A stretch of 64,000 nt of DNA from Azolla caroliniana (taxonomy: Eukaryota > Plantae > Polypodiophyta). Each line of letters begins with the position of its first letter. Within the stretch, counting starts at the first letter, position 1. This document shows, in pieces, positions 60,201-64,000 of this stretch. The notes under the pieces are model-generated. The model did not search any database. It was given only the letters and a program-made list of their open reading frames with translations, and had not been told where the DNA came from. A program made the translations under genes and the position numbers. The stretch lies in NCBI GenBank assembly GCA_043228905.1, contig JBHGNT010000006.1:806001-870000 (forward strand), in the 5' to 3' direction.

Positions 60201-60761
60201 TTTTGATGCGGAGATAATAGGTTGCTTCTCTAGTGGAGGAGTAATTAGTGGGGTGGATCTAGATGCATTTTGAATGGCTCTTACTGCTGGAGGGGCATAC
60301 ACATCAGACTTCAAAAATGGCTTCAATTGCTCTGACACCACATCCCCTGTTTTCTTATGGTTAGGGTTAGCGTTAGCGTTAGAGTTTGTATAAGAGTTTG
60401 TATCAGGGCTCGGGTTTATGTTGGGTTTAGTGTTTACGCTAGAGTTAGGGTTTGATGCATCAGAGCAATCCCCTTTAATGCTCCAACCAGTCACAGGGGG
60501 GCTTATAGCTAAGGTTTCCGAACCTTCTCTCTTCAAGGATGGAAGATTAACTGGGTTAGGGATGCCAAGTCTTCCAGTTGAAGAGGGGGGTTGCTTGGGG
60601 CGTGTGAGAATCAACATACCTCCAGAATGTGAAGAAATGCGTGACCTTGTTGAACTCGCAGAGTTGCTCTTGCTACCGCTTGAAGCTCCCACGTGACTTT
60701 GATCTGCCTTTCCATAGTAATCATTGAAATTTACAGAGGTAAATTTGTTCAGGCGCGCCAT
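57258..60761 (-). CDS. PRRC2/BAT2-like plant protein (At3g50370-like) with internal 32-aa repeats
   Basis: N-terminal KFTSVNFN..YG, GGMLILTRP, IPNPVNLPSLKRE; EEFPAL; coiled coil EEERRKEAARLKLIELEERIAQR; 1167-codon open exon with a possible donor near 57272. Confidence 0.85.
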   Translation of the reverse strand: MARLNKFTSVNFNDYYGKADQSHVGASSGSKSNSASSTRSRISSHSGGMLILTRPKQPPSSTGRLGIPNPVNLPSLKREGSETLAISPPVTGWSIKGDCSDASNPNSSVNTKPNINPSPDTNSYTNSNANANPNHKKTGDVVSEQLKPFLKSDVYAPPAVRAIQNASRSTPLITPPLEKQPIISASKVIHEEEFPALRASRPPTPPAPNTKSHIDKNQKKNQNKDQDGKEAKHVQPLMPSALFPSPSSFSSPSQTLRLSGSQELANPQEKDSNQELDQHKSSSGHQMSNQVVCHADEKAEALPINDHSDESKEVVHNFRPQYRTRVSVTQDYRTERKIPASLSSLDSVLKGNSEHFNLADDHRSMPSSKGSELSGSFGKSYLSNGSSLSWNGGFRADSPQSEEPEYRTGSFGKDIKESSMLRDAGIRRECPQKDVKDSLLLRDVGYQREGPPIEEPEHRSGSFCKDVKESSFSRDVGFRRKSPTSEGAEHRSGSFGKDIKDSSFSKDVDFRRKSPPSEGPEHKSGYLGKDIKDSSFSRDVGFRRKSSPTEGDEHRSGSFGKDVKESLFPRDAEFRRKSPPSERLEHRSESFGKRSYLDKDSRDAPLSEGPEHRIGSFGKVIKDSSFSRDVGYRREGPPSEWPEHRSGSFGKGTNLNKDFRDDGFGREGPRNEGPEHRSGPFGKESYLNKKSSFSRDVGFGREGTYVEHDGSNKEESSERRSFGLMPAVAQTGLGFYGKKTFSNGVHNDDRREVNDWGIRYTQDKDSAGVFRKDRRDVERNTANTHRKDVRDVEEYNAGMHRKDRRDMELYNTRDIREIHNRNVVDVYDQNTRNDRVELHSNAPIKDGCRTDSHYNRGGNFHNPRPYSPGQGHDVPYIKRYNSYGSGEYVRSKDGNLGSSSISRWSVGVESEGSRSSPYSDPSEGLRTRGVSHDSIREYSPRIEKTHKILEQDQQVKFEDKGRQAKSKVSMDEPHGSYSTNNERSFHKREASQRVVPIDVCKKLDDEQSPRIDTKIQVFQEEERRKEAARLKLIELEERIAQRPSENGRKDAELKGVSDNRSHMMNGIHSSGQDNMISIKPFPDELKESLLDSKEKIMISKEEQVFPLGVTESSLDQDRKIVRSHSPPTSSWRKETVSGPKSKLFSSPYIESGRRPTADGGTYKVNKD
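58660..59640 (-). repeat. 96-bp (32-aa) coding tandem repeat, ~9-10 degenerate units
   Basis: EHRSGSFGKD(I/V)K(D/E)SSFSRDVGFRRKSPxSEG; period 96 at 59091, 59187, 59283, 59379. Confidence 0.92.
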
Positions 60762-60860
60762 TGATGGAGCAGAATATCATGGATCAGAGCACGCACGTAA
60801 AAGTGCCAGAGAGAGGATGGGGATCTTACGGACTAATTGATCTGCAGAGACCGTCTGGAC

Positions 60861-60901
60861 TAGGGTTAAGGTTATGGTTAGGGTTAGGGTTAGGGTTAAG
60901 G
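60861..60901. repeat. Short TTAGGG-type tract upstream of the PRRC2-like start
   Basis: TAGGGTTAAGGTTATGGTTAGGGTTAGGGTTAGGGTTAAGG. Confidence 0.75.
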
Positions 60902-61142
60902 TTTCTGAGCAAGCAGATATAGGAGAAGGAGAGGAAGAAAAGAAAAAAGAGGAAGTTTTATGCCTGTTTTGGTTTTCCACCTCCGATTCCACTTAACGGT
61001 AACCCAAACGCCTCCGTCAATTCTAACGACTCTTCGTTTATCCGGCACAAAAATCTCACTTATTAGGGTTTGTGGAGGCGAAGGATCATTTTTCTTCTAT
61101 ACCCAATCTCTCTAGGGGGGGGGGGGGGATGCCAATGGTAAC

Positions 61143-61182
<40 letters not shown>

Positions 61183-61399
61183 AATTCATGAGGAGTTCCG
61201 ATCTGATCCTTTGTTCCCTCTTCCAATCCGACCCGATTCGATGCCTCACTCCTTGTTATCCATTGACTTGCCACATACAACTCATTGAATGAGTACTGAG
61301 ATTATTATTCAACTCAAGAGGCCATCACGTTTCGATCTTGTATTCTTTTTATCTTTAGCCATTCATTGATGTGCTAGATATGGCCGAACATATGACACT

Positions 61400-63600
61400 T
61401 AGGCATTCCTTTTTGGGGTAATAGGATTTATACCTAGGCTTGAGGGCCATCAGTTTGAGATACCCTCTTCCGATCCAATTTCTTACTTTTAGTTCTTCAT
61501 TGATTTGTCACGTATGGGCAACTTGTTATGTATGGCTAAACAAATCACACATATCATTCCTCTTTCAAAGGTAGTAAGATTATGTTTGAATTGAATAGCT
61601 ACATACTTTTTCAATGATTCTATCTACGCTTTGCCAATGAATGGATAAATATAGATTTAAAGCTATATATATTTGTGGAAATGTAGGATGGACATAATCA
61701 AATACCATAATTTTACTTAGAAATGACATATATCTTATGTGTTTCCATAAAGAATCAATTTCTAGGTTATATATATGACAGTAAGCATACTTACCTACAC
61801 AATTGTAATGCTTTTGTTTAGCAGTTGTAAGTATCAAGTTGAAGAAACATAAGAGTTGGTGAGTTTTACTATAGGTACCTTCTCTGGGACTTTTGGGGGG
61901 ATGTTGAATTGGTTTAATACTATACATTGGCATTAGTTTTCTTTATTGTACATTATCGAATAGTGATTGATTATGCTTTGCTACCTCCGAAAATACCATT
62001 GTCCCTCTCCTTCTCGACTTGAACATTTGCCTTCTTGACTTTAACCAATGTTGGCCACAGTTAAGAGTTTTGTGCATCTAGTTAAATTGTCACCTTAACC
62101 AACTACACCCCTCCATAGCAAAGCCAAATTTGTTTCCAACATGCTTTTCTTGTTTATCAGTGCATTATTGCCAAGTCTTATAATTTACAAACATTAAGTT
62201 GGCAGCCACTTTTGATCTCTTTAAGCATGGTCATCTAATCCATCTTCCTTGTTATCATTCACTCATGTAGATAGATGCCAAATTATACTCACACTATGAT
62301 TACAATCAAACATACTTCTATAGGTTTTGTGAAACTTTTACATATCTAACAAACTTCAATCCTTTTGCAATCTCACAACGAAGAGGGAATCCCATAGTAT
62401 GTAAAGGCAAAAAATTAAATATGAACAAATGCTAGAAAAATGGCTCTTTGAAACTTACACATTGTGTCGAAGGAGGTTTCACAAACAACGAGAACATGAG
62501 CAATATTTGAATATCTCACACTCAACTTCAATGTGTTTACATTTTCATGAATTCTATGGTTGCATCAGCAAATAGTGAATGGACATAAACCCAACTATAT
62601 TGACGACACATTCGCACCCTTTTCATTGTCAACTCTTTTTAATGGCAATGTTCCATTGTTTTGGGTTCATTTTTTTAGGAAAGACGTGTTGTAGAGCCAT
62701 TTTTATGAGCAAATGGTGACTATATTATGATTTATAATAAATTCAATATTAAAGTCTGCGTTAGAGACTTGACCCCGCAAACTTTAATATTGCATCAAAC
62801 AAATTGACCATTGTGCACACCAATATTTGAATTTTAGAGTTTCGATAAACCAACCAAATTATGTTATGCAATGCATAAAGAATTTTTTGTTATGCCGTCC
62901 AAAATTTTCATAATCATTAACGATATGATTGCGCAAATGTGTGTAGGGTTGAACAAGGAATGTAAAAATATAGACATTCATGGGTACGTTATGGATGTGT
63001 GAAGGATGCTACACTTGACGGTCTATGATTATGTTAATGAATGATTAATTGACAGTGGAATGTAGGGTCATATGTTCATGGGTATATCATGGATGTTTAC
63101 AGGATCTCTAGGTAAAATGGTGTAATTAGGATAATGGATTGTGGTTCATATGGAATGAAAATAAGAGATATAAAATCATGAATAGTATCATGTATAGGTT
63201 ACACAAACATCATGGATGTATCGCGCATGGGTCGTGGAGAGCAAACCCGCATTTTTTAAAACATGCCAATCTTCACTAAAAGCTTTGCGTCATCGGAATT
63301 CCCTGTGACAGACCTATTCTTTATCAATACCTACATGTGAGCAATCCTATCAATAAGACTACTTAAAATATAATGGTTAAATATTTGGAAATCAAAGTTA
63401 TACATACAAAATACTCGCCTAAGATTGCTTCCCACATCAAAGTCACTATGTAAATGTCGCATTATAAGACTAAGAATGAGTGTTTTATGACATGCATCCA
63501 TTCCCTTTACCACTATGTGCCCTTCTCCAATAATTAAATTTATCTCAGCCCAAGACCACCTACATCTACTACTCCTTGTATCTCACCTTTCATAGTACGT
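61400..63600 (-). mobile_element. Possible decayed L1 remnant (ORF1/endonuclease)
   Basis: Fragmentary motifs only (HVLVVCET ~62480; EAILG ~63425). Confidence 0.3.
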
Positions 63601-64000
63601 AACCCCTCCATCATTGTGTATCTTTATAGGTTCTCATCCACATCCACCTACTTTTCTAGATCCATCCCTCTACCTTTCCTTGGTTTGGGATGTGTCTACA
63701 TTGTGGTCACTAACAATATGAACCAACTTGATTTTTTGCTCGGATATTTATGAATGGTCATGGAACCTTATGACTACATTTCAATGGAATAAAGACTAAC
63801 TCATTGTTATTTCATTCTAATGGAACACAAAGTTTGCAATTAACATGTACTGTGTTCGTTTGTAGTGTAAGGATGACGTATGTATGTTAGTGATAATGTT
63901 ATATGTATATCTAAGCAAAGTAACTGCAAAAGGTTATATCGAAAAAGAATACAAGAAACATATTTTAATTGCACGTGACTTTATTGTTTCAAAGTTCATG

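Overview
This is eukaryotic plant nuclear DNA with GT-AG introns, microsatellites and dense retroelements. A seed-free land plant such as a fern or lycophyte is likely, but that is inference. Positions 1-31 kb are a nested transposon pile: two tRNA-Trp-primed Ty3/Gypsy elements, one near full-length at 7877-15820, inside a decayed Gypsy with an extra ORF; a Copia; solo LTRs; a fold-back chromovirus derivative; a hAT MITE; and two RTEX-like LINEs. Positions 32-61 kb carry host genes separated by decayed L1 LINEs: a 5-exon TBL O-acetyltransferase, an intronless low-complexity 'PTSPxVTCIG' protein, a 12-exon ATP-dependent PEP carboxykinase, and a PRRC2/BAT2-like protein with 32-aa repeats. Three signals stand out. 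(i) A Gypsy group with TGTCG..CGACA ends whose three insertions all sit at ACGY sites, with 4-bp TSDs where both flanks are visible; the near-complete copy has a -1 frameshift slippery site plus pseudoknot placed after the protease. (ii) Antisense tRNA-like Pol III A/B-box cassettes in the U3 of two unrelated LTR families. (iii) A TSD-flanked element whose RT sequence forms a ~440-bp inverted repeat. All coordinates were read by eye and no searches were run.
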